In this document: piece after piece, positions 22,635 through 36,105 of the stretch
How positions within the stretch are numbered: position 1 is the first letter of the stretch
Layout: each line of letters begins with the position of its first letter
DNA from: Chiloscyllium plagiosum
Lineage: Eukaryota
DNA: 64,000 nucleotides
Direction: 5' to 3'
Assembly (NCBI RefSeq): GCF_004010195.1
Contig: NC_057714.1
Coordinates: 13,154,176 to 13,218,175 of the forward strand
The notes under the pieces: generated by a model
Seen by the model: the letters and a program-made list of their open reading frames with translations, nothing else
Told to the model about the DNA's origin: nothing
Databases searched by the model: none
Position numbers and translations under genes: made by a program

Positions 22635-24859
22635 TATTGGGCAAAAGAATTGTGTGCCCCATTTTCTTGTGGGCATTTTGATGGCTTGCTGATCCATGAA
22701 GCAGCATCACTGAATACAGCGTGCAACTTTTTAATGGTTTTATTCCCAGTTGAGGCCATTAATAGATAATGGTTTACTTTTTCCTTCCCTGTGAGATGAC
22801 AGCTTATTCATTCACATCTGGCAGGCACTTAGAGCTCCTTTCTCTTGTTTGAGAGAATGTTTACAAGATTACCTGTTTCATTCTAAAAAAAGACATATCT
22901 TCATACATCACAACAGTAGATGCTAAAAAAAAAATCACTGATTGATTGCACTCATTTCAGATATTTCTCTGCAGTTGGAATGCAGAGAAAGTTTCTGATT
23001 TGGGGTCAAGAGAGCATTAATAAATCCTATCACCTTAAAATTGTTGCAAGTGATATTTGCAGATTGTTATTTAATAAAGTATCAAATAAAATGGATTAAA
23101 CCCTCACAGAAAAGACAAAGAAATGTGATGAAGTACAGTATTGCTAATATTACTGTCATTAACATTGCCATCAGATATTTCTATTTTTAAGCATAATATA
23201 TTCCCTTTCTGCCATTTTTAATATTTTCATTATCGTGAGAATCCATAAACCAAAACAAGTTATCTTTAACTTAGGAAATAACTGAACAAGATTTCATCTG
23301 CTTTTAACTTATGCAAGTATAATAATCTACATAAACATAAATTAACAAGAAAATTGACAGCTGCTATGAAACTGTAAATTACATATGGAAGCGAAGAGAG
23401 AGATTTCAAAGATATTCTATGCACTCTATTCTCCCTGCCATCAATCTCAGCTCACAGTTCTTATCAGTTTGGATATTTTTTGTGCAGAATCCAAAGATTA
23501 GACTTCAAAGACTAGTGAATTCTCCATAGGCAGCTGTCTCTGTGAAAGCAGAGTTTTGTCCGTACAGTTTTCCAGATGATCACACTCTGCTCTCTGGTGG
23601 ATTCTTAATTCTCAGCTCCCATCACTAGAACTGTCTTTGTCTTCTCAGGACATGACTGACTATGGTCATTCTATGATCTGGAAAGGAATGAAACAGCAGC
23701 AGCAGTTCTCAACATAATCTCGGACGGCTCAGAATCCAGTTCTTTGACTTAGCCTCTTGACTGACTCCTCTAATTGTAATTTTTCACTTTCTTCTTTCTC
23801 TCTCCACCGAATGCCCCCATACTTTAACTTCCTTCCTGTTGATTTTGCTTCCAGGTCATGGGGTTTGCCTAGGTTGTATGTCAAATGAAGTAGTATTTAT
23901 CATCCAAAAATTAAAATCGATCCATTTACAAATGAGAGAAACATTTAAAAAGTCCTTTTCAATCGTTAAACAAAATCACAGTCCCCAAATGATTTAAAGT
24001 TATTAAAAATCTTCCTGTTGCTACTGCTTTTGAATCAAAGGCCACTACATTTTTCATACGATGTATAGTTTTGAAATATTTTTCAGAGGATACAAAATGA
24101 CATATTTATGTTCTCAACCAGCTAAATTTGATTGTTACATGCTTGAAACAACAATGGATTTTGGTATTTACTTCTAATATACATATACAATTTAGTTCAG
24201 ACATCCTTGCAGTTCCATCTCCTGAAATCATACTTATTCATTCTACTGGGTGACATAATAACAGTAAGCTACTGACAGTCAGCAATTCTGCTTTATAACG
24301 GTTCTCTTAAAAAAGTATTCTTCTCAGTTAAAAATGTCAGCTTCTTGTGTGTATTGATTATATCAAGCTTGTAATTGATCAGCAGATGCCTTGTGAGAGA
24401 TAGGAATTAATTGAATTGTGTTAATAGTGAACAGATTTGTTCATATCTTGTCAGTATGCAGAGACCTGCTCAGCTTCCAAATGTGGATGACCTTCAGTAA
24501 ACCTAATAATTGAACTAAGGCAGGAACTGTTAATGTCATTTCTTATAAATGGAAGATTGCAATTTTTTTTCAAATTTCTCAAAGATGTACACTGTAACAT
24601 CTATTGTGTTTAAATTTCTATTTCCTCTATTCGACATCATCAACCAATTAGGGTTGTTCAAGTTACATTCAATTAATTCTCTTTTTTTTAACATGGAGCT
24701 ACCTAGAAAGGTGCTCCATTATATAAAGTCCTTCAGCTTGAATGTAGTAGTTGTTCAGATAATAATTACATCACAATTGTAACTTTGTTCCTTAGCTTTG
24801 GTTACAAAATCCATTAGAAATGACATTCAGTGTTTGATTAACTTAAATGAACAAGACAC

Positions 24860-25165
24860 ATTACATGAACTTCACCAAGGCACATTACACAGCACCTCCC
24901 AAACTCATGACCTCTATCAGCCAGAAGGACAGGGACAGTAGATATATGGGGACACTTCTACCCGCAAAGTTCCCTCAAAGCAACTCACCCCCATCCCGAC
25001 TTTCAAATGTATCGCCATTCCTTCAATGACACTGGATCAAACCCCTGGGACTCTAATGGTATTTTGGCTGTACCTGCAGCAAATGAACACCATCTCAAGA
25101 GCAAGTAGGTTGAAACAATAAATGCTAGCATAGCCAGAAACACCCATTTTCAATGAATTAATGAA
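24860..25165 (+). mobile_element. L2/CR1-group LINE 3' end
   Basis: Same 3' tail family as 8700-8945, ending aataaatgctagc...atgaattaatgaa. Confidence 0.7.
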
Positions 25166-26253
25166 AGAAAACAATCCTTCCCAGAATTAGTCGTCATTCA
25201 GCTTATAACCCAGGTAATGTAGAGATTCAAGTATTCAGTCTATTATAATTTAAAAGCAAGTAGTGATCAATTTCTGCAATATACACTAACGTTTATCAGT
25301 TTCAAAAAAGCTGATTGGCTAGTTTAACAAAAATCTCAGTTCTTAAATGGTATGCAGCAAAATAAATTACATGATGAGCTACATTAATATTTGAATCTGG
25401 ATAACTTGTTTGTCGATGATACTAACATCATTCTCAAGTTGATTAGAGGAATTCAGTATTAAAACTAGCCTAATTAAATGTCAATATCTCAATTTTTAAC
25501 CTTATTAATACTGAATTTAGATAGCAGCCACAGCATAAATTTAGACGTAGGTTGGCATTAACGTTTGATAAGGTAACTTTCTTGAAGTTATTTAGAAAGA
25601 AAGAAGAGTCCTCTCAAACTGGCAGTTGCGAGCCAGTACATTTTTTTGGAAACATATTTTATTAACCCTATTTCAGTTTATGTTTACTTCAAAGAAAATA
25701 TAATTGTGTGTAAAAGATGTTTCCATCTCTTCAGCTTCCCAAGCTCCCTGATTGATCATCAGAATCACTCGAAACATGAACTTGAATCCTTCTGCAGCTG
25801 AAAGAATTCAGATTAATGTACTATTGAAAGCTACAGATGTGGCATGAGATGGCTATAGCTGTAGTAATCACAGTTTAATGGGATTAGTGCTCTTAAACTT
25901 CTCAACAACATGAATAAATGTGATTGGAACTTAGGAACGAGCACTTAAAGTAATTTAAAATTTGGATCATTTAGCATTTACGGTTCACGAAAAGGATTAC
26001 CCAACTCAGTAAAGTCCTCAAGATAGTGGGGGAAAATTGGTGTGTAGTGATCTTTGGGTGTGATTTGCGAGGTGGGACATGCTTATGCTGCTTATGAATA
26101 GCGTATAGTTTGATCCCATATATACATATTATATTTTATTCATTCATTCATGGGATGTGGGCATTGATGGCTAGGCCAGCATTTATTGCCCATCTGTAAT
26201 TATTCAGAGGGCAGTTAAGAGTCAATTACATTGCTATGGGTCTGGAGTAACAT

Positions 26254-26530
26254 GGGGTGGCACGGTGGCTCAGTGGTTAGCACTGCTGCCTCACAGCACC
26301 AGGGTCCTAGGTCCAGCCTCGGGTTACTGTCTGTGTGGAGTTTGCACATTCTCTCTGTGTCTGCATGGGTTTCCTCCCACAGTCAGGTGAATTGGCCATG
26401 CTAAGTTGCCCATAGTGTAAGGTGCATTAGTCAGAGGGAAATGGGTCTGGGTGAGTTACTCTTCAGAGGGTCGGTGTGGACTGGTTGGGCCGAAGGGCCT
26501 GTTTCCACACTCTAGCGAATCTAATCTAAA
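26254..26530 (+). mobile_element. HE1-type V-SINE
   Basis: ggggtggcacggtggctcagtggttagcactgctgcctcacagc head, V-domain, aatctaatct tail. Confidence 0.9.
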
Positions 26531-26879
26531 CTAAACATCCAAATACATCACCGCATCCCCAATGCTGCCAGCCTCACATATTTGTTGATTCCAAAATTCT
26601 TCACTTATTCAGCTGTGATAGACAGGTAATGCTATACAATCTCTAGTATTCTGCATTCTCTCTCTCATGCTGTTGCAGAAAATTGATAAAAATGTAGAAA
26701 CAACCCAGCGGAAGAAATAATCTATATTTACAGAGTCGAGCCGTGAAAATATTATAGAAAGGGTTTACAGGCAATTACTCTGCAGCGGTCATTAGCATTT
26801 TGAGGGATGGGCTAACTGTGGTTACTGTTTAGGATATTTCTGATATTAATGCTTGGTGCACCACCTTGCCTCCTGCAAC

Positions 26880-27320
26880 TCTGCTAATTGCTCACTGGAG
26901 GAAGAACGCTTCATCTCTTGCCTTGGGACCCTCCAACCACACAGGATCAATGTTGATTTCACCAGTATCCTCATTTCCCATGCCCCTACCTCATCCCACA
27001 TCTAATTCTCCAACTTGGCACTGCCCTCTTGAACTGTCCTACCTTTCCATCTTTCTTCCCACCTATCGTCTCCACCCTCCGCTCCAACCTATTACTTTCA
27101 CCCCCACTTTCATCGCATTTCCAGCTTCTTCCCCCCCACTCCCTCCCATTTATCTGTCAGCCCCTTGGGCCTCCCCTCCCTTCCCATTTCCTGATGAAGA
27201 GCTTATGCTCAAAACATTGACTCTGCTGCTCCTTGGATGCTGCCTGACTGGCTGTGCTTTTCTAGCACTACATGTTTCGACTCTGATCTCCAGCATCTGC
27301 AGTCCTCACTTTTCTCCTTA
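26880..27320 (+). mobile_element. Penelope-like element 3' end (GIY-YIG remnant plus pLTR with hammerhead core)
   Basis: LEEERFISCLGTLQPHRINVDF-like endonuclease C-terminus, pyrimidine-rich spacer, then cCTGATGAagagcttatgctc. Confidence 0.8.
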
Positions 27321-27639
27321 TACAACTAGGAACCCCTATCCGTTCCTGCTTGTCATCCTCTGCCAAATCCAATGCTGAGGAGCACTGAATGCAATTGTAG
27401 TATGCAAAAGAAGCTCACCTCAGAGTAGAAGTTGCAGCTTTCACAGCATGTTCTCCAGTAACATTGGTTCCATTTGAGTGAGGTAAATTCATCTCATAAT
27501 CTAGGTGGTTGCTTTAAAGACTCTTAAATATCAACTAATTATCTAATTTCATTCGAACAACTAACATATCGTGTATCCTCAGATAAAATAATCTTGGACA
27601 GCAATTTTAAATGGGTGAGAAACAACTAGTAAAACAAAC

Positions 27640-28490
27640 ACTGAAATAAAACCATAAATTGCTGGAATGCTCAACAGATGAGGCTGAATCTGCGGAGAGA
27701 GAAACAAAAGTGAAAAACTCAGGCCAATGACCTTGCATCAATAAAGGGAAAACATTATAGCTATACAGTTTTAATTTTGAATCATGGAAGGGAGTAGCGG
27801 AGGAGGAATAGGATCAATGAAAGCATGGAAGACAGAAAAGATTAAATGACAGAAGGGATAAAGATGCAGGGAAGATAGGATGCAATGCGACAACAAACAA
27901 ATAATGGGTTTCGAGACACAGTGTAAATGGAAACAGCAGAGTTATTACTGGAAGGCTGTAAAAATCTTAACTGAAAGATGAGATGCTGTTCACCAAGTTT
28001 TTATCATGTCTCAGGGGATATTTAAGAGGGTAAAGATTAGAGACATCCGAATTGGAGCAAGGTGGAGGATTAAAATAACAAGAGAGCAGAAACCTGGGCC
28101 CAAACTGTTGACTGAACATAAGTACTCTTCAAAGCAAATACATTGCTGTTTCACTTACAATTAGTTTCTGAGGCCCTAGAAGGTGGGAAGGAAGGAGGTA
28201 AGGTTAACAGGAAGGTGCTCTGTGAAGGGGAGAGGCTCCTGGGAAAGTTTGAAAAATGATCCCATCTGAATGCTAAAAGAAGCACAGAGGGAGAAAGATA
28301 CGGTTGTTCGTGAAATCACATTACATGTAATGGCTATGACAGAGGGTGATCTATTGTATGCAGAGCCCGGCAAGATGGAAGGCAAGGTCGAGGGAATTTC
28401 GATCATATTTTGAGATAGAGGAGAAGGGAGGAGAGCAAAAGTACGGGAAATGGCCTATGTATGGTTGGGAATCCTGCCAGTCATGGACCA
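27640..28490 (-). mobile_element. Old Penelope-like element fragment
   Basis: Minus-strand KLGEQHLIFQ near 27970-28000, purine-rich plus-strand spacer and degenerate pLTR. Confidence 0.6.
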
Positions 28491-28776
28491 CAAGCTGTTT
28501 AATGCAAACTTAGAAAGTTTGAGGTTCACAAGCAGCCTAATACTCATATGTTTAAACCACATTGTGATCAAAGTTCAGCAACAACATATGCTGGGAAGCG
28601 CACTTATTTAACAACAATTTGTGGTAAGTAAAATATGCAGTGGCTTATTTGCATCTGCAAAGCTCTTTTCCTTCATAATTTTGTCCCCAAATCCTGGAAT
28701 ACCCTTCCTTAAACTCCTCTGTCTCTCTGCTACTCATTTCCCTTTATTGGATACCTCATGGTCATTTCCATATATG

Positions 28777-29063
28777 ATTAGATTAGATTAGATTCACTAC
28801 AGCGCTGAAACAGGCCCTTCAGCCCAACCAGTCCACACCGACCCTCTGAAGAGTAACCCACCCAGACCCTATTCCCCTCTGACTAATGCACCTAACACTA
28901 CAGGCAATTTAGCATCACCAATCCACCTGACCTGCACATCTTTGGACTGTGGGAGGAAACCAGAGCACCTGGAGGAAACCCACGCAGACACAGGGAGAAT
29001 ATGCAAACTTAGGACCCTGGCGCGGTGAGGCAGCAGTGCTAACCGCTGAGCCATTGTGCTGCC
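28777..29063 (-). mobile_element. HE1-type V-SINE
   Basis: (TTAGA)n tail and reverse-complement head, with an internal deletion. Confidence 0.9.
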
Positions 29064-30554
29064 CTATATGGCTTGGTTTCATAATATTCCTGTAAAATAC
29101 CTTATAATTTTTATTGTTAAAAGCACTATGCTAACTAGGTTAGCATGAAGTTAGGTAAATTAGGTAAGCACGAAGTTGTTGTTAAGTTGGTCTTAACTTA
29201 CAGGGAACTTAGTACCCATGATTTCTAACCACAGGTTTTGTGCAAATAGCCTTTATATTGATAGGTTAAAACACAACTATAAATCTGTTGGATTTTCAAA
29301 GGTTGTTTTATAGACAGAGCCAGCCAAAGATTGTCTTGTTTATTTTGAACTTGCCACTTTAAATCTTACAGAATATTGGCCCAATTTACTTGAAGTTATA
29401 TCATGACACAGACTACTTACTAAGCTTTTAATATACGACCGTAATCCATCATTAGCTCTTCTGTAGAGACAAAGGCAGTGCCACTGTGGTGTCGGTTGTT
29501 GCTCTATTCAGTTAGTTAAAATTTAATTAACTGCATTATCAATAAAGTGCTGAATGTTAGAAAGCACCAAGGACAAGTGACTATGCAGTAAGATAATGGA
29601 ATATAATTGATTTCAATACAACAAGCTTTAGTTCATGCTGAGAGTCCATGGTTTAGATCAAATAGTTCTTGCTGCTATATTGCTTGGTCATGGAAAATGT
29701 AATGATTTACTCTGTAGTACATGAAACAAAAAGTAAGCAATTCCTTATTCCCAATGTTGTATAAATACAAAAGGAACATGAGTTAGATTCAGGGTAACTT
29801 CAGTACTTACTTATTACAAACAGACTGCTATCACTTTACATGAAGTTGGAATTTAAGAGCATTAAATTGATAATCTGTGCCAGTATACATGAGATCATAT
29901 TAAAGTAATTTTATCAAACTAAAGCAGTTTATATTATTGCAATTTTCGTAACATTAAACAATGATTAAACCCAAATGAAATCAGAAAATTAGAAAACAGG
30001 TGTTGGCCAGAAAACAAATCTTAAAGAAAGAAGATAAAAGAAGCAGTCTAAAGGATGATTGAGATTCCTGTTAGGAATCTGAGAATTGAAAATCTACACT
30101 TAATGCTTAAAATTACTGAGAATGGAGTCAAAAATTGTTTTGCCTGATTTGAAAATCTAACCGATCAAAGTGGAAAAAAGATCATTAGACCTTAATGCTA
30201 TAACGTCTTGACAAGTACTATTATGACTGTGTGTGCACATTTGTCAGAAGAACAATATGTAGTTTTGGAAACTGTTAAAATAAATTCAATGCGCATGAGC
30301 TCGCTTCTGAAGATGATTGTTTAAAATGAATAAACCTAAATAGGCATTTGTAAGATTTGCAAGAGAAAAGAAGAATAATAAGATCAGTTGTTTTGATTAG
30401 TTTGAAATATTTGAAAAAATTTGAAAAATTAGGGAAAGTATGTCTTGTTAGAATTCAGAAATAGCATTCCTGCAAACCTAAAAACTTATTTAGACGAGCA
30501 TGAAATTTCAAAGATTCAAGAAGCAGTGGTTCAGGCAGATAATTGTGATAGTCA

Positions 30555-33130
30555 CACAAACATAAGAACATAGGGATCGGAGTTGGTTATTCAGCTCATC
30601 AAGATCGCCCTGCCATTCAATATGACTGTGGTGACAGATAACATCAATTCTGTTTACCACACTATCCATAACTGTGTATGCCACTTGTAATCAAATATCT
30701 ATCGATTTCTACCTTAAACATAATCAAAGACTGAGCTTCCAAGACCTCTGTGGTAGAAAATTTCAAAGGTTCATAACCTTTTGAGTGAAGAAGAGTCTTC
30801 TAATCTTGGACTGAAGTGGCATCCCCTTTATTATTCTTGCTATATAAGTGTGTTCCCTGCTTCTAGACTCCCTATCTCAAGGAAATATCTTAACTGCATC
30901 AATCCCGTCTAAATTTTAAAATATTTTATAAATCTCAATGAGATTACCTCTCATTCTTCAAAACTCCAGAGAATAGAGGCCCAGTTTGTCCACTCTCACT
31001 TCATAGGTCAGTTCCGCCATCCCAGGGACAGGACTGGTGAACCACCACTGTAATAATAATTCCTGAGGTAAGGATACCAAAACTGCACACAGTGTACCAG
31101 ATGTGATCTAACCAAGCTCCTATACAATTGAAGAAAGATTTCACTACCCCTTACTCAAATCCTTTTGCAATGATGTTTACATTCCATTAACCTTCCTAAT
31201 ACCTTGCTGCATCTGCATGTTAGCCTTCAGTGACGTGTCAACATCTAGATCCCTTTGTATATCTCCACTTTCCAAACTCTTACAGCTTAAGAACTGTTTC
31301 CTACCAAAACAGATAACCTCCCATTTTTCCACATTATACTCCACCTGTAATGTTCATGTCCATTCATTAACCCTGTCCAAATCTTTATGAGTTGCTTTGT
31401 ATCTTTCTCATAAAACCCATTCCTACTTAGCTTTCTAGCCCCTACAAATTTGGAAATAATACATTTGGTTCCCAACGGATAGAAACTCTATAGTATGGAA
31501 GCAGGCCAACACCACTCCTTCATACCCAACCTTCTACCCTATATTTCCCATAGTTAATTCACCTAACCTGCACACTATGGGCAATTTGGTAAGGCCAATC
31601 CACCTAACCTGCACAGCCCTGGACACTATGGGAAATTTAGCATGGCCAATCCACCTAACCTGCATATCTCTGGACAGTGGGAGGGAACCAGAGTACCCTG
31701 AAGGAAACCCATGCATAGGGAGAACATGCAAACTTCACACAGCCTGAGGATGGAATCATACCCAGGTCTCTGGTGCTGTGAGACAGCAGTGCTAACCACT
31801 GAGCTACCAGGCCACCCATTGATATCAAAATCATATAAATCATTGATATCTTTGTGAACAGTTGGAGCCCCAAGTACTGAACCATGCTATACCCCACTAG
31901 TGACAGCCTACTAATGAGAGAATGGCCCATTTAGTCCGAAGTTAAAAATCACACAACACCAAGTTATAGTCCAACAGGTTTATTTGCAAGCACTAGCATC
32001 TCCAAACCATTTAGTCCTGTTCTCTATTTTCTGGCTGTCAGCTCATCATTAATCCATGCCAGGACATTACCTTTTATTCCATTCACTTTAATTTTTCTAA
32101 CCAACCTCCTGTGGTGGACTTTAAGATGGGAAGAGAAAGATTTAAAACGGGGAAATTTTTTCACACAGAGGCTGTTTTGTGTGTGGAGTGAACTGCCTGG
32201 AGAAGTGATAGAAGCAGATATAGTTACAACATTTAAAAGACATTTAAACAGGTACATGAATAGGAAATATTTAAAGGGATATGGATCAAATGCAGGCAAA
32301 TGGGACTAGTTTAGTTTGGGAAACTTAGTTAGTATGGACAATTTGGAGCGAAGGGTCTGTTTCCATGCTGTATAACTCTTTGTCTCAATGACTCAATTTT
32401 CCATTCACAAATTCATTCTCACTGTGCTCAATCAATCATTATCAACAAGGTGGCTATTTATCCCATCCTTTATATGAGACTCTGTCATTTGCCCTACTAC
32501 TGATGTAAGGTTAGTAGGTCTGTGGTTTCTTGTTTTCTCTTTCACTCCCTTCTTAAATTGTGGGATGACATTTGCTACTTTGCAATCTGCGGGACTCATT
32601 CCAGAAGCAATAGAAATTTTGAAGATAACCACCAATGCATCAACTATCTCTATAGCCACCTCCTTCAACACTATAGGATGCATACCATTAGGTACTGAGG
32701 ATTTATCAATTTTCAGCCACATTAATTTCTCCAGTACAAACCTCTTATTGATACTAATTTCCTTCAACTCCTTATTCTTCCTCGTCATTTGGATCTCTAG
32801 TTCTGGGAGATTTCTAGAATTGTCCTCAGTGTAAACAGACACAAGTTAATCATTTCACTTCGCTGTCACTTCTCAGCTGCTCATTGTAAACTATCCTGAC
32901 TCTGTCTGTATCAAACCTACATTTGTTTTGACCAAGTGCTTCCTGTCTATATACATATTGATCAGTTTTTACAGTCCATTTCTACTTTTTGTTGTAAGAT
33001 TACATTTAAATTCTATTTTTCTTTTCCTTATCAATTCTCAGTCCCCCTTTATTGCATTCAGTTAACCTCCCAATCCACAGAATTACTGCTATTTCTAGTG
33101 ACTTTATAAGCCTTTTCTTTTAATCTTATA
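30555..33130 (-). mobile_element. Degenerate CR1 LINE (RT region) with nested HE1 (about 31490-31815), PLE half-unit (about 31939-32010) and opposite-strand CR1 tail (about 32118-32395)
   Basis: ORF 32432-32842 (PNGMHPIVLKEVA...KVANVIPQFKKG...NHRPTNLTSVVG) and HHRRLVRKIKVNGIKG are CR1 RT motifs. Confidence 0.85.
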
Positions 33131-33149
33131 GGATTTCGAATATATATTT

Positions 33150-33990
33150 TGTACAGAAACCGTCAGAAGGCATTGGGTAAAATACCAACTAATGGGTTTG
33201 GCAGCAAAGAGGAAGGCCATTGAACAAAAACTGCAGAGACAACATGGATACAAAGTTGATTGAGTGAAAGAGATAGTTCAGATTGGAAGAAGGTATGCAA
33301 AAGAGGTATCATCTCTTGATATTAATATATTTACATTGGAGATGTAAACTTGTGTGTGCCAAGCACAATTTTAAAATTCCAGATGACACTGACTTGAAAG
33401 TACTGTAAATTGTAAGGAACACCTTGATAGTGAAACCAGTTGAATGGGTTGCATGTAGCAGATGAAATTTACTACAGAGAAATGTGAAGCGATACATTTT
33501 GACAAGTAGATTGAGGAGATACTAAACAAAACAGTATAATTCTGTAGGGAGTGCAGGAACAGAGATCTAGGGATACAAACGCTGATCCTCGAAGGTGGCA
33601 AGTTAGGTTGGAAGTGTGGTTAAAAATGCAAATAAGCCCTGGATTAATGAACAGAGGCAGAGGATACAAGTGCAAGGAAATAACAATTTATATCTGAGCA
33701 GAGCAGGGCTAGAGAAAGACACTTAGAAGAGTGGTTGAGAATCAGGGAACGCAGATATAAGATGATTGAAAACAGAACCAAAGCTGAAATCTTTTTTAAA
33801 TAGAGTAGGTGTTTTGGTCTGAAATACACTCTCTGAAAGGATGGGTAGATGCACACTAAATTATGGCTTTCAAAACATAATCAGACCAGCACCTTAAGAA
33901 ATAAAATCTTCAAGTTATGGAGATAGAGAGGGAAATAGGTCTAGCTGAATTACTCTTACAAGGAATTGTGGTCTGGACTGACTCATTGAT
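33150..33990 (+). mobile_element. Old CR1 3' fragment
   Basis: Degenerate RT motifs (KIPDDT, QMKFTTEKCEAIHF) and 3' UTR-like end. Confidence 0.6.
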
Positions 33991-34127
33991 TTCCTGTGTT
34001 ACAATGATAACACAAGCTGTTATTAAAAAAAGAAGCCATAATTTCCACCATATGATCATAAACCATCATATTTAGTGAGTCAAGTCTGATATTTGCTTAT
34101 AATTCCTGTTAAGCAAAACTCAAAAAC

Positions 34128-36105
34128 TTTTATTCACTTGTGGGATGTGGATGTTGCTGGCTGGGCCAGCATTTATTGTCTGAGAAGGTGGTGAGCTGCC
34201 TTCCTGAATCACTGCAGTCCTTGCACTTGTAAGGAATCTACAATGCTGTTAGGGCATGAATTTCAGGATTTTGACTCAGTGACACTGAAGGAATAGTGAC
34301 ATATTTTCAAGTCAGGACAGTGAATGACTTAGAGAGGCACTTGCAGCTGGTGCTGTTTCCCATGTATCTGCTGCCCTTGTCCTATATGGAAGTGGTCATG
34401 GGTTTGAAAAGTGATGTCTAAGGAGCTTTGGTGATTTTCTGCAGTGCATCTTATGTACTGTACACTGCTTCTACTGAATGTTGATGGTGGAGGGAGCAGA
34501 TGTTATTCCAAATAAATAGGCTGTTTTGTCCTGGATAGTGTCAAGCTTCTTGAATGTTGTTGGAGCTGCACTCATCCAGGAAACTGGGGAGTAATTAATC
34601 ACTTTCTTGGCTTGTACCTTATATGTGATGGTCAAGCTTTGGGAAGTCAGGAGGTGAGTTACTCACCACAATATTTCTAGCATCTGACCTGCTCTTGCAG
34701 CCACTGTATTCACATCGCCAAACCAGTTGAGTTTCTGCTCAGTGGTAATCTCCAGTATGTTGACAGTTGGGAATTCAGTCATGGTAATGCCATTGAATGT
34801 CAAGGGAGGTATTTGGCTTGAATCTAACTGGAGATGATCATTTCCTCACATCTGTTTGGCGCAAATGTCACTTGCCACTTTTCTGTCCAAACCTGAAAAT
34901 TGTCCAGGTCTCACTGATTTTGAACATTCCATGCTGTACATCTCTATGACTGCTTCAGTGTATGAGAAGTTGTGAATGGTGCTGAATATTATGCAATCAT
35001 TGGCAAACATCCCCATTACTGACCTAATGATAGCAGAAATGTCATTGATGAAGCAGCTGAAGATGGTTGGGCTAGGACACTACCCTGAGGAACTCCTACA
35101 GAGATGTCCTGGAGCTGAGATGACTGACCTCCAACAACCACAACCATCCTCCTTTGTGCCAGGTTTGAAACTAAGCAGTGGAGAGATTTTTCCCAATACC
35201 CATTAACTCCAGTTTTGCGAGGGCTTTTTGATTCCACATATGGTCAAATTTGGCCTTGATATCAAGGGCAGTCACACTCACTTCACCTCTGATTTTTGTG
35301 TAAAGGAGATATCCTGGCAATTTTCCACATTGTTGGGTAGATGCTAGAGTTGTATCTGTACTGGAACAACTTGGCTAAGGGTGCAACAAGTTCTGGAATG
35401 CAATAGTGTTCAGTAGTATTACCAGAATGTCAGGACCCATATCTATGATTTTTGCAGTATCCATTGCCTCCAGCCATTTCTTGATATCACATGGAGTGAA
35501 TTCAATTGGGTGAAGAATTGCTGTTGCCCTCTGGAGGAGGCCGTGATCAATGATCCACACGGCATTTCTGGTTAAAATTTGCTGCAAATGCTTCATCCTT
35601 ATCTTGTGCATTGATGTGCTGGAATCCTCTATAATTGAGGATAGGAATATTTGTGAAGCCTCCTCCTCCAGTGAGTTGTTTAATTGTCCACCACCATTCA
35701 CAACTTGATGATGCACTTGATCTGATCCATTAGTCATGGGATCGCTTAGCTCTATCACTTGCTGCTTCTGCTCTTTCATACTCAATTAGTCCTGTTTGCT
35801 AGCTTCAGATTGGCACCTAAGTTTTAGGTATACACGATGCTGTTCCTGGCATGGCAGGATCGATGGTAGTGTCAGGTATATGGCAGGCTGTAAGTTTACA
35901 AATTGCTTTGCATTGCAATTTGGCTGTAGTCTTTCATGGATGCCCAGGCTTGAGTATTTTAAGTCTGTCCTATTTAGCACATTGAGGGTTTCTTTCTTCA
36001 TGTTTTGTGGCACTATCAATGTAAAGGTAGGACTTCTGTCTCCACCAGGTTGTGCAGCAGTCACTCTTGCTGTTATTGGCACTGTGTTATACCTATTTCT
36101 AAGAC
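34128..36105 (-). mobile_element. Degenerate L2/CR1-group LINE with RT
   Basis: ORFs 35016-35237 (QRRMVVVVGGQSSQLQDISVGVPQGSVL) and 35375-35785 (IEFTPCDIKKWLEAMDTAK..GPD). 3' tail at about 34128-34400. Confidence 0.85.

Larger units (their letters stand above)
21394..25797 (-). pseudogene. Decayed multi-exon DUF4211-domain (CCDC82/QSER1/PRR12 family) gene, CCDC82-like
   Basis: Candidate exons about 25575-25797, 23383-23868, about 22718-23033, 21674-21764 and 21394-21521. They give collinear DUF4211-like motifs INAL(DP), EKYLK*VQSISD, L*TFSQ, SACQM*, LSING, GRDSV*ISRIQDKLKY and EIEWLQR, with several stops and frameshifts. Confidence 0.65.

Noticed and set aside
23383-23868. Selenoprotein-style UGA readthrough (several in-frame TGA, CCCC tract)
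   Set aside because: The same frame also has TAG and TAA, neighbouring exons have frameshifts, and no SECIS was seen. Decay explains it better.
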